The position numbers and the translations under genes were made by a program. From positions 1,280,001 to 1,344,000 of the forward strand of contig CAVRBU010000002.1 in NCBI GenBank assembly GCA_963719315.1: DNA of 64,000 bases, read 5' to 3'. Under the pieces are notes generated by a model. That model did no database searches, was not told where the DNA came from, and saw only the letters and a program-made list of their open reading frames with translations. The DNA is from an uncultured Planctomycetota bacterium (GTDB lineage Bacteria; Planctomycetota; Planctomycetia; Pirellulales; Lacipirellulaceae). This document shows, piece after piece, positions 43,601-54,559 of the stretch. Numbering within the stretch: the stretch's first letter is position 1; each line of letters opens with the position of its first letter.

Positions 43601-45969
43601 CGCTTGGACGCGGGAGTCCCGGGCTTGCCGACGTGCGAGTGCGTGAACACGCCATGGCACCCGTAGAGCCAACCGTCCGGACCCCAAATGAATGCGTTGA
43701 GCGTTTCGTGCGTGTCTTCATAGCCCCAACCGTCGAGCAGAATTTCGGGTTTGCCGTCGGGGATGTCGTCGCCGTTTTTATCCGGAATGAAAAGCAGATA
43801 GGGCGCCGCTCCGACGAACACGCCGCCGAACCCGACTTCCAGGCCGCTTACCAGATTCAGATTCTCTGCAAACACCTTGCGCTTGTCGAATTTGCCGTCG
43901 CCGTCGGTGTCTTCGAAAATCAGAATCCGGTCGCGTCCTTGCCCCTCGGGAGCACGGACTGGGTACGTGTACGCTTCGGCAATCCACAGCCGGCCGCGGT
44001 CGTCGATCGCCATGGCAATCGGTTGCTTAACTTCGGGCTCTTGGGCGGAAAGCGTGACCTTAAAGCCCTCCGGCAACTTCATCACCTTAACCGCTTCCTC
44101 GCCGGGCAGCCCGGCGTAGGGATAGTCATCGCCGGTGCTCGTCTTCACCGGAGCAGCGGCCACTTTGGGCAGCGCGTTGAAAAAGCGAAAATTATCGAAG
44201 TTGACGTGTCCCCAACCGGCGCTGCCATGATCGACGATACGAATGAAGACGTCCTTGCCGACGAGCTTGCTTAAATCGACTGTCGCTGGCCGCATTTCTT
44301 CAAGACTGCGGCCGCTCGCTTTGAAGACAACTTCGTTCGTATCGGCGCGCACGATTTCGGCGCCGAGGGCGCCGCCGGCGCCACCACCAACTAGAAAACT
44401 GGCATACGGATGCATAACTTTGAAGGGAACCGAAGTAAGGGTTCCCTGAGCACCGTCGCCTTTGCGTTCATACGAACCGATCCAATACTTGCCCTGGTGG
44501 CCGCTGACCATGTCGGACCGCCGCTGGTGCACGGTATCGCCTTCGATAGGCTGGCCCTCGAAGGCGGAGCCGGTGGCGGTCCAATCCGAAAGGTCGCCCT
44601 TCTCGAAATCGAGATTCAAAGGGCGACCATCCGCCGCGGTGGCCGCGAAGCCCTCTTCGGGCTTCACCGATTCTTGCTTGGCGGCCGGTTCGGCCGGCGG
44701 TTGCGCGGGCGCGGCTTTCGTCGGCATGGGTTGGGCAGCTTCCCACTTTCTCTTGTCGACATCCTCGACTTTGTGCGTGAAGACGAACGTCCCCTTCTTG
44801 TTGCCGACAACCACGTCATCCCAATTGTCGCCGTTGATATCGCCCACGACCACTTGCGTGCCGACGCCCGAGTTCACGTCGATGCGATACGGAATGAATC
44901 GCACCTTGCCGTTGTGACGATCCGTTTTGAACCAATACAGCACCGCCGGATCGAGCGCACCGGGCGAACGCTCGGAATGCGACCACCACCGCTTGCCGGT
45001 GACGATATCCGGAATGCCGTCATGGTCCATGTCCGCCAGGGCCATGGCGTGCAGTTCGGAGAACGCCACGCCATACTCGTTCTGCTCCGGCTTATCGCCC
45101 ATGATCCGGTGCTCTTTGAATTTGATTCCGCCTTTGTCATCCTTGCCCGTGTTTTCGAACCAGGCCAGCCCGAAGCCGTGGGCCGCCTTGCTGGTAACAA
45201 CGTCGTTGTCGCCGTCGCCATCCACGTCGAAGCCGAACATCTGCGAGCCGCCCTGATCGGTGAAATTCACTGGATGAAATTCCCAGAATTCGGCCTTTGA
45301 ACCCGGGGCCGGCTGCTCCCACCAGCCCTCCTTCTGCAGAATGTCGATGCGGCCATCGCCATTCACATCGCCGTGCCCCATGCCGTGCGTGAATCGCTGA
45401 TACTTGCGGTCCGGCGTGATCGCGTGAAACTTCCACGGTTTCGTCGGATCATCTTTCGGCATTTCGGCGTAACCGATGTGGCCGCCGCTATCGCAGACCA
45501 ATTCCGGAACGCCATCTCCCGTGATATCGACGAAATCGGGCGATTCGTTGTCCGTCACTTTGAGAATCACATGCTGCTTCCAATTGCCCTCTTTGCCCTT
45601 CGGGTTCTCGTACCACAGGGTTTCCTCCCCGGGAAAGCCGACGATAACGATATCGGTCCAACCGTCGTGGTTGATATCGTAGGTAAAGGCAAAAAAGTTC
45701 TTCGAGTAACTATTGATGTCGTACGGCTTCGGCGTGTAATACTCGTGCCGCTCGGTGTACTTCGGGCCGGCATACCAATACGGGCCGGCCACAATGTCCA
45801 TCAAGCCGTCGTGATTGAAGTCGCCGAAATTGGCGCCCTCACTGAAAAATTTGTCGCTGAGTTGCAACTTATCGAACGTGTGCAACTGGTGCTTCTCGGC
45901 GGCACTCGCCACGGCGGACGCGGCCAACAACATTGCAACGCACTCCAAAGTTTGTCGGACCGTTTTCAT
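40691..45969 (-). CDS. PVC-type membrane-bound dehydrogenase/haem c protein with N-terminal FG-GAP repeats and C-terminal DUF1080 (apparent frameshift ~42432)
   Basis: FG-GAP-like GDVNGDGRID; QPIAMAIDDRGRLWIAE; DTHETLNAFIWGPDGWLY; CQQCH; NSGVQFRS...ALQLH. Confidence 0.88.
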
Positions 45970-46003
45970 AGTTTCAATTCGCTAATTGGGTGAAAATTGA
46001 TGC

Positions 46004-47293
46004 TCAATTTGCGCGTACATCCGAGGTGATCGCGGGCTCGGCAGCCCGTCCCCATACCAGTTTCGGCTGCGCGGCTTCCCACGTTGGCCGATCGACGTCC
46101 TTCACCTCATGCGTATAAACAAACGTGCCATTCTTGTTAGCGACGACAATGTCGTCCCATCGATCGCCGCTGAAATCGCCCACAACGACCTGCGTGCCGA
46201 CGCCCGAGTTCAAATCAATCCGGTGCGGAACGAAATGCACCTTGCCGCCGTCGCGTTTGGTCTGAAACCAGTATAACGCGGATGGGGCGTTGGGGTTGCC
46301 ACGGCGACCGGTGATGATGTCCGGCGCGCTGTCGTGGTCAATATCGGCGATTTCCACAGCGTGCAGGTATGACACCACCACGCCATATTCGTTATCCACG
46401 GGCCTGGAGCCCATGATGAGGTGCTCACGGTATTTGATCTCGTCCCCCTCGCGGCCCGTGTTTTCGAACCAGGCGAGGCCGTAGCCGTGAGCGTCTTTGC
46501 TCGTGACCACGTCGTTGTCGCCGTCGCCATCGAGATCGACGGCGTACATCTGTGCGCCGCCACGGCGGTCAGGTGGCTCACGCGGGATGGCGAAATCGAC
46601 CGCGTGGAACTTCCAGAGCTTGTCCGCCGCGTGGGCCGGCGGTTGTTCCCACCAGCCTTCTTTTTGCATCACGTCGAGCCGGCCGTCTTGGTTCAAGTCG
46701 CCGACTCCCATCCCGTGTGTGAAGCGCTGGTACTTGCGATCTTCAGAAATCGGGTGGAAGTCCCAGGGCTGGGTGGGATCATCCTTCGGCATTTCGGCGT
46801 AACCGACGCAGCCGGCGTGATCGCAGATGAGTTCGGGCTGGTCGTCGCCCGTTATATTCTTGAGCGTAGGCGATTCGCCGTCGACGACATCGACGATGAG
46901 GTGACGCTTCCAATGACCCGGCTTGCCTTGCGGATTATCGAACCACCAAGCCTCCTTGCCTGGGAAGCTAACTATCAAGATATCGTTCCAACCGTCTCTA
47001 TTCACGTCGTAGACGAACGCAAAGAAATTATCTGAGAAGCCCTTCGTATCATACGGCTTCGGCTCATAGTATTCATGCCGATCGGCGAAACTCGGCCCCG
47101 CATACCAATACGGACCGGAAACGAGGTCCATCACACCGTCTTTGTTCAAGTCGCCAAAAGTTGCCCCCTCGCAGAAAAACACGTCCGATAACTTTACCTT
47201 CTTGAAAGTGTGCAGCGTGCACTTTTCCGCAGCTGTCGTCGTTGCAGACGACATCAGCAAAAATGCGATGCAAGCCAGTGTCTGTTTAGTCAT
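46004..47293 (-). CDS. Secreted FG-GAP/VCBS-repeat protein
   Basis: GDLNKDGVMDL, GDLNQDGRLD and DLDGDGDNDVV; paralog of the N-terminus of the adjacent gene. Confidence 0.85.
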   Translation of the reverse strand: MTKQTLACIAFLLMSSATTTAAEKCTLHTFKKVKLSDVFFCEGATFGDLNKDGVMDLVSGPYWYAGPSFADRHEYYEPKPYDTKGFSDNFFAFVYDVNRDGWNDILIVSFPGKEAWWFDNPQGKPGHWKRHLIVDVVDGESPTLKNITGDDQPELICDHAGCVGYAEMPKDDPTQPWDFHPISEDRKYQRFTHGMGVGDLNQDGRLDVMQKEGWWEQPPAHAADKLWKFHAVDFAIPREPPDRRGGAQMYAVDLDGDGDNDVVTSKDAHGYGLAWFENTGREGDEIKYREHLIMGSRPVDNEYGVVVSYLHAVEIADIDHDSAPDIITGRRGNPNAPSALYWFQTKRDGGKVHFVPHRIDLNSGVGTQVVVGDFSGDRWDDIVVANKNGTFVYTHEVKDVDRPTWEAAQPKLVWGRAAEPAITSDVRAN

Positions 47294-47520
47294 ATTCATG
47301 TACACTGACGACTAAATCTCTGATCGAAACGAACATGCTTCACCTAGACAAGCCGCGGCCGCGAAGAGTAATCTTGATAACCTCGAAGACACGAAGAGCA
47401 CGAACAAAGAAATCTAAGGACTTAAAAACACATTCTTCGTCGTGTCCTTGGTGTCTCCGTGGTTCCTATTGCCTTCCTCTGCGGACTCGGCGCCTCCGCG
47501 TGAAACGGTTTGCTATTACA

Positions 47521-48648
47521 TCAACGCTTGAGAGTAAACTCTGGCAACCTCTTGATCTCGCCGCCAGCCAACGCCGACTCGTGGGCGAGGATGCCGACGC
47601 ACGTCCAATTCGCGCTCGTGGTGGCGTTCGGCCAGGGGTCGCGATCGGCGAGCAGCGCGCTAACGAACTCGTTGACCAAATGCGGATGCGAGCCGCCGTG
47701 CCCTCCGCCTTGCAAAAACGATAAATGCTCGGCGTCCACGATCGACCTCGTAAATGCCTGAATCTCTTTCGGCAATAGATGGGCAAAGTCCGGCACCTCG
47801 ACGTGCTCGGCAATCTCCGGCTCGGGACGCTTCGCCGTGTGCAGGATGTGCTTCTCGCCCTCCACCAGCGTCCATTCGAACGACTTCTTCGACCCGTACA
47901 CGTCGAAGCTCTCGCGATATTGGCGGGCCGTGTCGTACAGGAACCGCCAGATGTGGGCCGCCACGTCGCTGCCCGCGATCTTGATATGACACGACTCGAC
48001 GGCGAACGCATTGCCCGACTTCTTGCGGATATCGTCGCGCACGGTGCCCGACCCGAAGCACGACACGTACTCCGCCAGGCCGTTCATCAATCCCAGCACC
48101 GGGCTGACGACGTGCGTCGCATAGTGCATCGGAATCATCCGCTCCCAGTAATCCGGCCAGCCATCCATATCTTGCGGATGCGACGCCTGCAAATACTGAA
48201 TCTTGCCGAACTCCCCTTTCTCATACATCTGCTTGATGAACAAGAACTCGCGGCTATAGACCACGGTCTCGGCCATCATGTACTTGAGGCCCGTATCGGC
48301 GACGAGCTTGCAAATCTTTTCGCAGTCGGCAACCGTGGTTGCCATCGGCACCGTACACATCACGTGCTTGCCCGCCCGCAGCGCTTCCATGCTCATCCAG
48401 GCATGATCGGGAATCGGGCTGTTGATGTGAACGAAATCGACGTCGGAGTCCGAAAGAACTTGCCCGTAATCGGTGTAGCGCTTCGCGATCTTAAACGCAT
48501 CGGCCACCTTGTTCATTTCGGACTGATTGCGGCGACACACGGCCACTACTTCGGTCTGCGGATGCCGCTGATAGATCGGAATGAACTCCGCGCCGAAACC
48601 CAAGCCGACCATCGCGACCTTCAACGGAGGCGACAACTTCGTCGTCAT
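47521..48648 (-). CDS. Gfo/Idh/MocA oxidoreductase
   Basis: VAMVGLGFGAEFIPIY, INSPIPDH, GKHVMCTVP and GGGHGGSHPHL. Confidence 0.9.
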   Translation of the reverse strand: MTTKLSPPLKVAMVGLGFGAEFIPIYQRHPQTEVVAVCRRNQSEMNKVADAFKIAKRYTDYGQVLSDSDVDFVHINSPIPDHAWMSMEALRAGKHVMCTVPMATTVADCEKICKLVADTGLKYMMAETVVYSREFLFIKQMYEKGEFGKIQYLQASHPQDMDGWPDYWERMIPMHYATHVVSPVLGLMNGLAEYVSCFGSGTVRDDIRKKSGNAFAVESCHIKIAGSDVAAHIWRFLYDTARQYRESFDVYGSKKSFEWTLVEGEKHILHTAKRPEPEIAEHVEVPDFAHLLPKEIQAFTRSIVDAEHLSFLQGGGHGGSHPHLVNEFVSALLADRDPWPNATTSANWTCVGILAHESALAGGEIKRLPEFTLKR

Positions 48649-48789
48649 AACTGCCCTCCAAAATTTGAAAAGATTTTACAACCGCCAAGCACGCCCTGGG
48701 CACCATGCAGAATGAGTGATGAACGGCGAAAGATCAATCCTCTGCGGCAGCGGTGCAGGGCCATTCATTTGTTGAATCTGGGGAAAGTT

Positions 48790-48878
48790 GTGGGAGGGGT
48801 CTCCGACCCCGATGAGGCGACGCACTTCAATCCGTTCTCGAAGCTTAAGCGAAATCGGCGTCTGAGACGCCCCCCTCA
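48790..48878. repeat. REP-like inverted doublet
   Basis: GTGGGAGGGGTCTCCGACCCCGAT ... ATCGGCGTCTGAGACGCCCCCTCAC. Confidence 0.55.
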
Positions 48879-48926
48879 CTCATTATCTCCATATTGAATT
48901 TGTGAATGCCCCTGCCCCGTCGCTCG

Positions 48927-49046
48927 GTGGTGTCCTAATTTGCGGCACAACAACCTTGTAGCACGGACTTCAGTCCGTGGTCCTTGTACGGACTGAAGTC
49001 CGTGCTACATAGTTCCGGTCCGAACGGTGCCAAATTGGGCCACTAC
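48927..49046. repeat. ~120-bp nested inverted-repeat element, copy 2
   Basis: GTAGCACGGACTTCAGTCCGT / ACGGACTGAAGTCCGTGCTAC within outer GTCCTAATTTGCGGCAC / GTGCCAAATTGGGCCAC. Confidence 0.85.
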
Positions 49047-49271
49047 CTTGAACCTGTTGCCGTTGCTATCTGCCAACCCTCATGTTAATTTAGCCAACAC
49101 TTGCGCGATATTGAATGATAAAAAGCGCACTTGGGCGGCAATTTTTGCCGCGTTTTCCTCGTCGAAACGCAATCTTTCGTACATGCCGCGAGCCGAGCGG
49201 CTAAAGAAACACGGTTGTCCAAGTCCGGCTCGGCTCGCCGGACCTGCGGCAATCTATTCCTGCGAGGCGAT

Positions 49272-50891
49272 ATGGCGGGTCAAAATCACGCGCGGCGGTT
49301 GTTCCTGGGCTGTTTCATGGCATTGATCGCCACCGCGTTCGGCTTCGCCGTGCGGGGAGGTGTCCTGCAAGACTGGGGAACTCAGTTTCACCTCACCGAA
49401 GAGCAGAAAGGCGTCATCGGCGGCGTTGGCCTCTACCCTTTTGCCATCTCAATCATTCTGTTCAGCTTGATTATCGATCGCATCGGCTATGGCACCGCAA
49501 TGGTGTTTGCATTTGTGTGCCACGTCGCCTCCGCACTGCTCACGATCTTCGCCCCGAACTTTGGTGTGCTCTACCTGGCCACTTTTATCTATGCCATTGC
49601 CAATGGAACGGTTGAGGCCGTCATCAATCCCGTCGTGGCCACTCTCTATAAGGACAACAAGACTCATTGGCTCAACGTGCTGCACGCTGGCTGGCCTGGC
49701 GGCCTGGTCCTCGGCGGATTGCTAGCCATCGGCATTGGAATGGTCAGCGGCAAACTTCCCGGACACTTCGAACTCTGGCAATGGAAAATGACGATTCTGT
49801 TGCTGCCAATTTTGTTGTACGGGTTGTTGTTGTTTCGTCAGCCCTTTCCCGTTCAAGAGCGCGTGGAAGCCGGCGTTTCCTACCGCGATATGCTCGCTGA
49901 GTTCGGCTGGGGAAGCGCTTATATCGTCTCGTTCCTGATCATCCTCGGCATCAGCCAGATTCTGACCGTCCTCAACGGCATCACGATCGGCGAAACCACA
50001 CTGCACCTCAAGCCCATCCCGGTTCAATACGCTCTGGTGGCGGCGGTTGTTCCCGCATTGCTGTTTGCCTACTATATCCGCTCATTTGGGCGGCCCATGT
50101 TCGTGTTCCTGATGCTCGTCATGTTCTTGCTGGCGACGACCGAACTCGGAACCGACAACTGGATTCAAGATATCATCGGGTCCGTCTTAAAGGATCCCAC
50201 CAAGGGCACCCTATTCTTCGTCTACACGGCGAGCATCATGTTCGTCTTGCGATTCTTCGCCGGGCCAATTGTTCACAAGATTTCACCTCTTGGGTTGTTG
50301 GCTGCCTGCTCCGCGTTGGCCGCTGTCGGTTTGTTTTGGCTCGGCAACGCGGGAACCAGTCTAGCCATGCTGTTCATGGCCGCGACTTTGTACGGCGTCG
50401 CCAAAACCTTCTTCTGGCCCACCACGCTGGGCACCGTCTCGGAACAGTATCCGCGCGGCGGGGCTTTGCTGCTCAATGCGATGGGCGGCGTCGGCATGAT
50501 TGCTGTCGGCACGATCGGCGGTCCGGCCATCGGCACAATGCAAGACATGGGCATCAATCGCGCCGTGCTGAATCAAATGCCGGCCGTGCATGCCGAAATC
50601 GCTGCCGAAAAGCCCGGTCTATTCTCCACCTACACGGCGATCGACGCCTCGAAAGTCAGTCAGGCGGGGCTCTCCAAGGAACAACTGGCGGAGCTCACAA
50701 GCATCGAAAGCACCGTCAAGCAGCACGCCCTTGCCAAAATTGCCGTGCTGCCGGTGATCATGTGCGTTTGCTACTTGATTTTGATCGCCTATTTCCAAAC
50801 TCGCGGCGGCTACCAGGCACAGGTCCTGACGGGCCACGCCGCCGAAGACGAAAAATTCACGGGCGGAACTCTGGGGTCAGGCGAAGGATAA
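49272..50891 (+). CDS. MFS transporter
   Basis: Multiple TM helices; IDRIGYG loop; ANGTVEAVINP; KTFFWPTTLG..SEQYPRGG. Confidence 0.88.
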   Translation: MAGQNHARRLFLGCFMALIATAFGFAVRGGVLQDWGTQFHLTEEQKGVIGGVGLYPFAISIILFSLIIDRIGYGTAMVFAFVCHVASALLTIFAPNFGVLYLATFIYAIANGTVEAVINPVVATLYKDNKTHWLNVLHAGWPGGLVLGGLLAIGIGMVSGKLPGHFELWQWKMTILLLPILLYGLLLFRQPFPVQERVEAGVSYRDMLAEFGWGSAYIVSFLIILGISQILTVLNGITIGETTLHLKPIPVQYALVAAVVPALLFAYYIRSFGRPMFVFLMLVMFLLATTELGTDNWIQDIIGSVLKDPTKGTLFFVYTASIMFVLRFFAGPIVHKISPLGLLAACSALAAVGLFWLGNAGTSLAMLFMAATLYGVAKTFFWPTTLGTVSEQYPRGGALLLNAMGGVGMIAVGTIGGPAIGTMQDMGINRAVLNQMPAVHAEIAAEKPGLFSTYTAIDASKVSQAGLSKEQLAELTSIESTVKQHALAKIAVLPVIMCVCYLILIAYFQTRGGYQAQVLTGHAAEDEKFTGGTLGSGEG

Positions 50892-51268
50892 GACCTTTGA
50901 CCAGTTTCTCCGAGCCTTCGCTGATTCCGCTGTGGCGACCGCGCTTGCCCAGACGTTGGACACGGCAAGATTGACGTATTGATACCCGTCGCTTCGGGGG
51001 GATCGACGGTGCCATCATTTGAAATCGCTTCACATTGCTTGACACTCGCGGTGCGATTTGCCCTAATAAATTGGTGTTTTGCTTAGGCTTCAATCGGTGC
51101 AAACCGTAAGGCACTGCTGCTGAATCTTGCGAAGCTCTACTTCGCCCACGCACTGCGACGCGAGTTTTCTGGATCGACTGGCCGTTCGCTGCTGCGCGAA
51201 GTACGGGCGGAAATAATCACTTTCCTGCCGACCCTCATTAAGGAACATCCCAATAAGGAGAATTATCG

Positions 51269-52213
51269 ATGAAGACGATTACGGCTCTTGTCGTGTTTTT
51301 GCTGATGTCGTATCCAGTTTACAGTCGCGAATGGCGGAATAGCCTTCAATCGAGCGCGGCATTGCGTGCCGCGGCAACGGCCTCCGAACATTCCGGCGAT
51401 ATGGAGAGCGACGACGCCGACGACGGCTCAAACGATCAAGAAATGGACACCGAGACCGGCGACATGGACACCGGCGACATGGACACCGGCGACATGGACA
51501 CCGGCGACATGGACACCGGCGACATGGACACCGGCGACATGGATACGGGCGACATGGATACGGGCGACATGGATACGGGCGACATGGATACGGGCGACAT
51601 GGATACGGGCGACATGGATACCGGCGACATGGATACCGGCGACATGGATACCGGCGACATGGATACCGGCGACACGGATATGGATGGCACGGATACCGAT
51701 GACGGCGACTCGAATAATATGAACATGCAGGACGGCAGCGACGACGAAGTGGACGACATGGACGACGACATGAGCTCTGTCAAAAACGCGGTTCGATCCG
51801 CGCTAATGGCGGCGGCGCTCAAGCAATCGCAGTCGCCGCAGAGCCGATTGGCAGCCGCGCTCGATGCCGGACTCAGCCCGCGGCAAACGATTCAAGAAAT
51901 GCTTAAGCCGCCAGTTACGAGCAGCGGTGCTGCGATGTCGGCCGCAATCAAGAGCGCCTTGGCCAACTCAAGTGTCGTCACCGGCGCCGCTGCCGCGACG
52001 ACCGGCGCCGACTTGGCTACAAGTGCGATTATTGATTCGAGCGGCGGTAAACTCTCAGCCACTGCGGTGCCCGAACCAACCGCCTGGTTGCTGGCGGCAT
52101 CAGGATTTTTCCTATCGGCCTCGAAGCGATCGCGGTCTGGCAAACTTCGGATGGCTACCGCGTGCCACCGGCTTGGCCCAAAAAGTAGGTCCCACTTGCC
52201 GAGCGGGACCTGA
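51269..52213 (+). CDS. PEP-CTERM protein with acidic (DMDTG)14 tandem repeat
   Basis: AAGGAG RBS; signal peptide; VPEPTAWLLAASGFFL. Confidence 0.85.
   Translation: MKTITALVVFLLMSYPVYSREWRNSLQSSAALRAAATASEHSGDMESDDADDGSNDQEMDTETGDMDTGDMDTGDMDTGDMDTGDMDTGDMDTGDMDTGDMDTGDMDTGDMDTGDMDTGDMDTGDMDTGDMDTGDTDMDGTDTDDGDSNNMNMQDGSDDEVDDMDDDMSSVKNAVRSALMAAALKQSQSPQSRLAAALDAGLSPRQTIQEMLKPPVTSSGAAMSAAIKSALANSSVVTGAAAATTGADLATSAIIDSSGGKLSATAVPEPTAWLLAASGFFLSASKRSRSGKLRMATACHRLGPKSRSHLPSGT
51461..51670 (+). repeat. 14 x 15-bp coding tandem repeat
   Basis: 5x GACATGGACACCGGC, 5x GACATGGATACGGGC, 4x GACATGGATACCGGC. Confidence 0.95.
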
Positions 52214-52269
52214 ACCTGCTCCGCAACTTCGCGAATTCGTGAGAGTCCCTTCCGGCAGAAGGGACCTAC
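52185..52269. repeat. GTAG-type REP doublet overlapping the 3' end of the upstream gene
   Basis: GTAGGTCCCACTTGCCGAGCGGGACC ... GTCCCTTCCGGCAGAAGGGACCTAC. Confidence 0.65.
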
Positions 52270-52639
52270 TAAGAATGTGTGGTCAAAACCGCTTTGATCC
52301 GTGTCCGCCGGGTGCCACTCGCAGCGGCCAGTGCTTCGATTGATGAAGCCACGAATAGTTCTCGGCGCGGGTGGAGTAAGCAGTAGCTTGCACGCGAAGG
52401 TGGCCAAGAATAATTGTGGAATCGTCGTTGCGAACCTGCTATACTCTTGCCACGCTGCATTGTGCCGGCGTTTGTTCCTTGAAAATCTAGAGCAAGCTGT
52501 TAGCTATCAGCCAGAGGTTGCGCGGTCTCCCGACGCGCTCGCGCCCTTTTGCCCAAAGCTGGCCGAAGGGCCGGAACAGCGTAAAACGCCACGAAAATCG
52601 CCACATTTTCAAAGCTCGACCGCTCTGGCGAACCGCTAG

Positions 52640-54195
52640 CAGCCTGTTGAAGAAGTTGGTATTTGGTGATTTTAGGCAGCCAACGCGAGCGGTTGGTTGA
52701 TGGTTGATTTTTGTCGGCCGGTCGGCGGCGTGGGCGTCAGCAGACGCTCCAGCGCGGCCAGGGTGTTAAACAACACAACATGCAAGGCGTCGGCAAGCCC
52801 GCCGTTCCCTTGCAGGCTCCTGGCCGTGCCGATTCCGAACAAGTGGCGCAGGACGAGGCCCAGATTGCGTGCCATGGCCGACGTCAGGTATCGCTTTCTC
52901 ACTTTCTCGATACCATGCAGCCACGTTCGCCGACTGCCGCCCGTCTCGCAGACGTGGGCGAAACTCCGCTCGACCTTCTCACTCCTCTCGCGCTGTAGAG
53001 CACGTCCTCGCTTTCCTTTGACCCGGCGGCGGTTGCCCGTCACCGCCCGACGCTCTTCGTCCGCTTTGTTTTTCCAATTGCGACGATGCGCGTGCTGTGG
53101 TTCGGCGATGTACGTTCGTAGACCCTCGGTGAATTCCAATTCGGCCAGCGTCTCGTTCCCCGAGTAGCCTTTGTCCGCCACCGTCTCCTCGATGTCCGCG
53201 TCGCTGTCGGCTTGAATCAAGTTGTCTTGCGCTTGGCTGAGGCTCGGGCCGATCGTGTCCACGTCGGCCGCGTTGGCGTGATAGATCTCGGCCGCCAGGA
53301 TCAGCTCCGTGTCCAGATCGACGACGTGTTCGGCCTTGTAGGCCAGATGCGTGCGGCCGTCCTTCATCCGGGTGATCCGGCTGTCTGGGTCGGTTTCGCT
53401 CTGCCATTCTTGGTTCGAGACCTTTTTGTCCTTGCGCTGGCGATCGAACCGAGCAATCTCCTCGGCTGAGGGTTCGTCGCCCGGCTCGATCTGGCCTGCT
53501 TCCTGCATCAGACGCCGAACATACTCCTGCCAGTCCTCGCCCGTGTCGCGCCTGACGATGCTCTTCATGGCCGCGTCGGCCTCCAGGGTCGTGGCGTCGA
53601 CGCCCACCGTCTTGCCGGCGAGCAGGCCTTGCTGCTCAGCCACCTCGAGCACGAAGCAGAATACTTGCCGATGAACCGACAACGGCAGTCGGTCGCGGAC
53701 CCGCGTCAGGCTCGAATGGTCAGGCGTCTCTTCGCCGAGCGGGACGCCCAGAAATTCTCGCAAGCTGAGACTGTCGGCACACCGCCAGGCGATGCCCCGC
53801 TGCGAGCCGAGGCCCTCGAAGTAGCCCACCAACAGCATCCGGAAGTAGACGCCCGGCGGAATGCCGGGCCGCCCCATCGTTTCGTGATAGTACGGCTCAC
53901 AGAGCCTTTCGACGAACTCGTCGAAGCCGGCTGCTCGCAGCAATTGATTGAGCTTGCCGTAAAACACATGCCCTTCCGACCGCGGCAACTGGTCCACCGG
54001 GATCCAGAAGGACGACTGCTGCTCTTGGTTGCGGTGTCCCAACGCCATCCGTGATCTCCTCAATTCGGCTCTGCGGATGCCTGAGCAAAACAATAATCGC
54101 TCTTACACTGGCATCCACGCCAACCGCAGGCGACAATTTAGCGCCATGCCGTCGTTAGCGAAAGTCTATCCAAAGGAGACTTCTTCAACAGGCTG
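52640..54195 (-). mobile_element. 1556-bp IS, copy 2
   Basis: TIR CAGCCTGTTGAAGAAG at both ends; CTAG direct repeat (52636-52639, 54196-54199). Confidence 0.95.
52672..54048 (-). CDS. Transposase (DUF772 + DDE domain)
   Basis: Protein identical to copy 1. Confidence 0.93.
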   Translation of the reverse strand: MALGHRNQEQQSSFWIPVDQLPRSEGHVFYGKLNQLLRAAGFDEFVERLCEPYYHETMGRPGIPPGVYFRMLLVGYFEGLGSQRGIAWRCADSLSLREFLGVPLGEETPDHSSLTRVRDRLPLSVHRQVFCFVLEVAEQQGLLAGKTVGVDATTLEADAAMKSIVRRDTGEDWQEYVRRLMQEAGQIEPGDEPSAEEIARFDRQRKDKKVSNQEWQSETDPDSRITRMKDGRTHLAYKAEHVVDLDTELILAAEIYHANAADVDTIGPSLSQAQDNLIQADSDADIEETVADKGYSGNETLAELEFTEGLRTYIAEPQHAHRRNWKNKADEERRAVTGNRRRVKGKRGRALQRERSEKVERSFAHVCETGGSRRTWLHGIEKVRKRYLTSAMARNLGLVLRHLFGIGTARSLQGNGGLADALHVVLFNTLAALERLLTPTPPTGRQKSTINQPLALAA

Positions 54196-54559
54196 CTAGA
54201 TCCTGCCAGATTCCAGCACTTTAGAGAGCAAACTCGCCTACTTTTGCACGTCGAGCTCGCGCCCAACCCCCTGGATTTCCAGGGGTTCGTCGCTCGAACG
54301 CCGCGCAAAAAGGACGACTTTTGCACGCGAAAAAAAATTTTCACGCGTCCGCACAATCGTACTCCCTTGCCGCCCAACGACTTGCGATTTCTATTGCGCG
54401 AAGCCCTCGTGCAAAACTCACCGCGCGGACGAGACCTGCGCTCGACGAGAGCTTTGCCGAACCTAAGTGTTCAAGCGTAGCCCACCGTCTCCGCGAGTGG
54501 GATTCAAAGCGCGGAGCGAGCCAACTACACGCTTCCACACAATCGACTCTTATTGGGCC

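Larger units (their letters stand above)
52402..54424 (+). other. ~480-bp non-coding repeated element, copy 2, split by IS copy 2
   Basis: 52402-52639 and 54200-54424 align to 35122-35600; TGGAAT-N17-TATACT (52417-52445); TGTTCCTTGAAAA (52473-52485). Confidence 0.75.

Noticed and set aside
42727..44274. Long antisense ORFs (e.g. 42727..44274, 47779..48897, 30261..31205, 62396..63502)
   Set aside because: Shadow frames of well-supported genes on the opposite strand, expected at high GC.
51075..51210. Possible c-di-GMP-I riboswitch (GCAAACCGTAAGG) upstream of the DMDTG gene
   Set aside because: Lacks the downstream GACGCAAAGC and P1/P3 pattern; would need an Infernal search.
51461..51670. Regular repeat array as a CRISPR
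   Set aside because: Units are contiguous 15-mers with no spacers, in frame within a CDS; no cas genes in the window.
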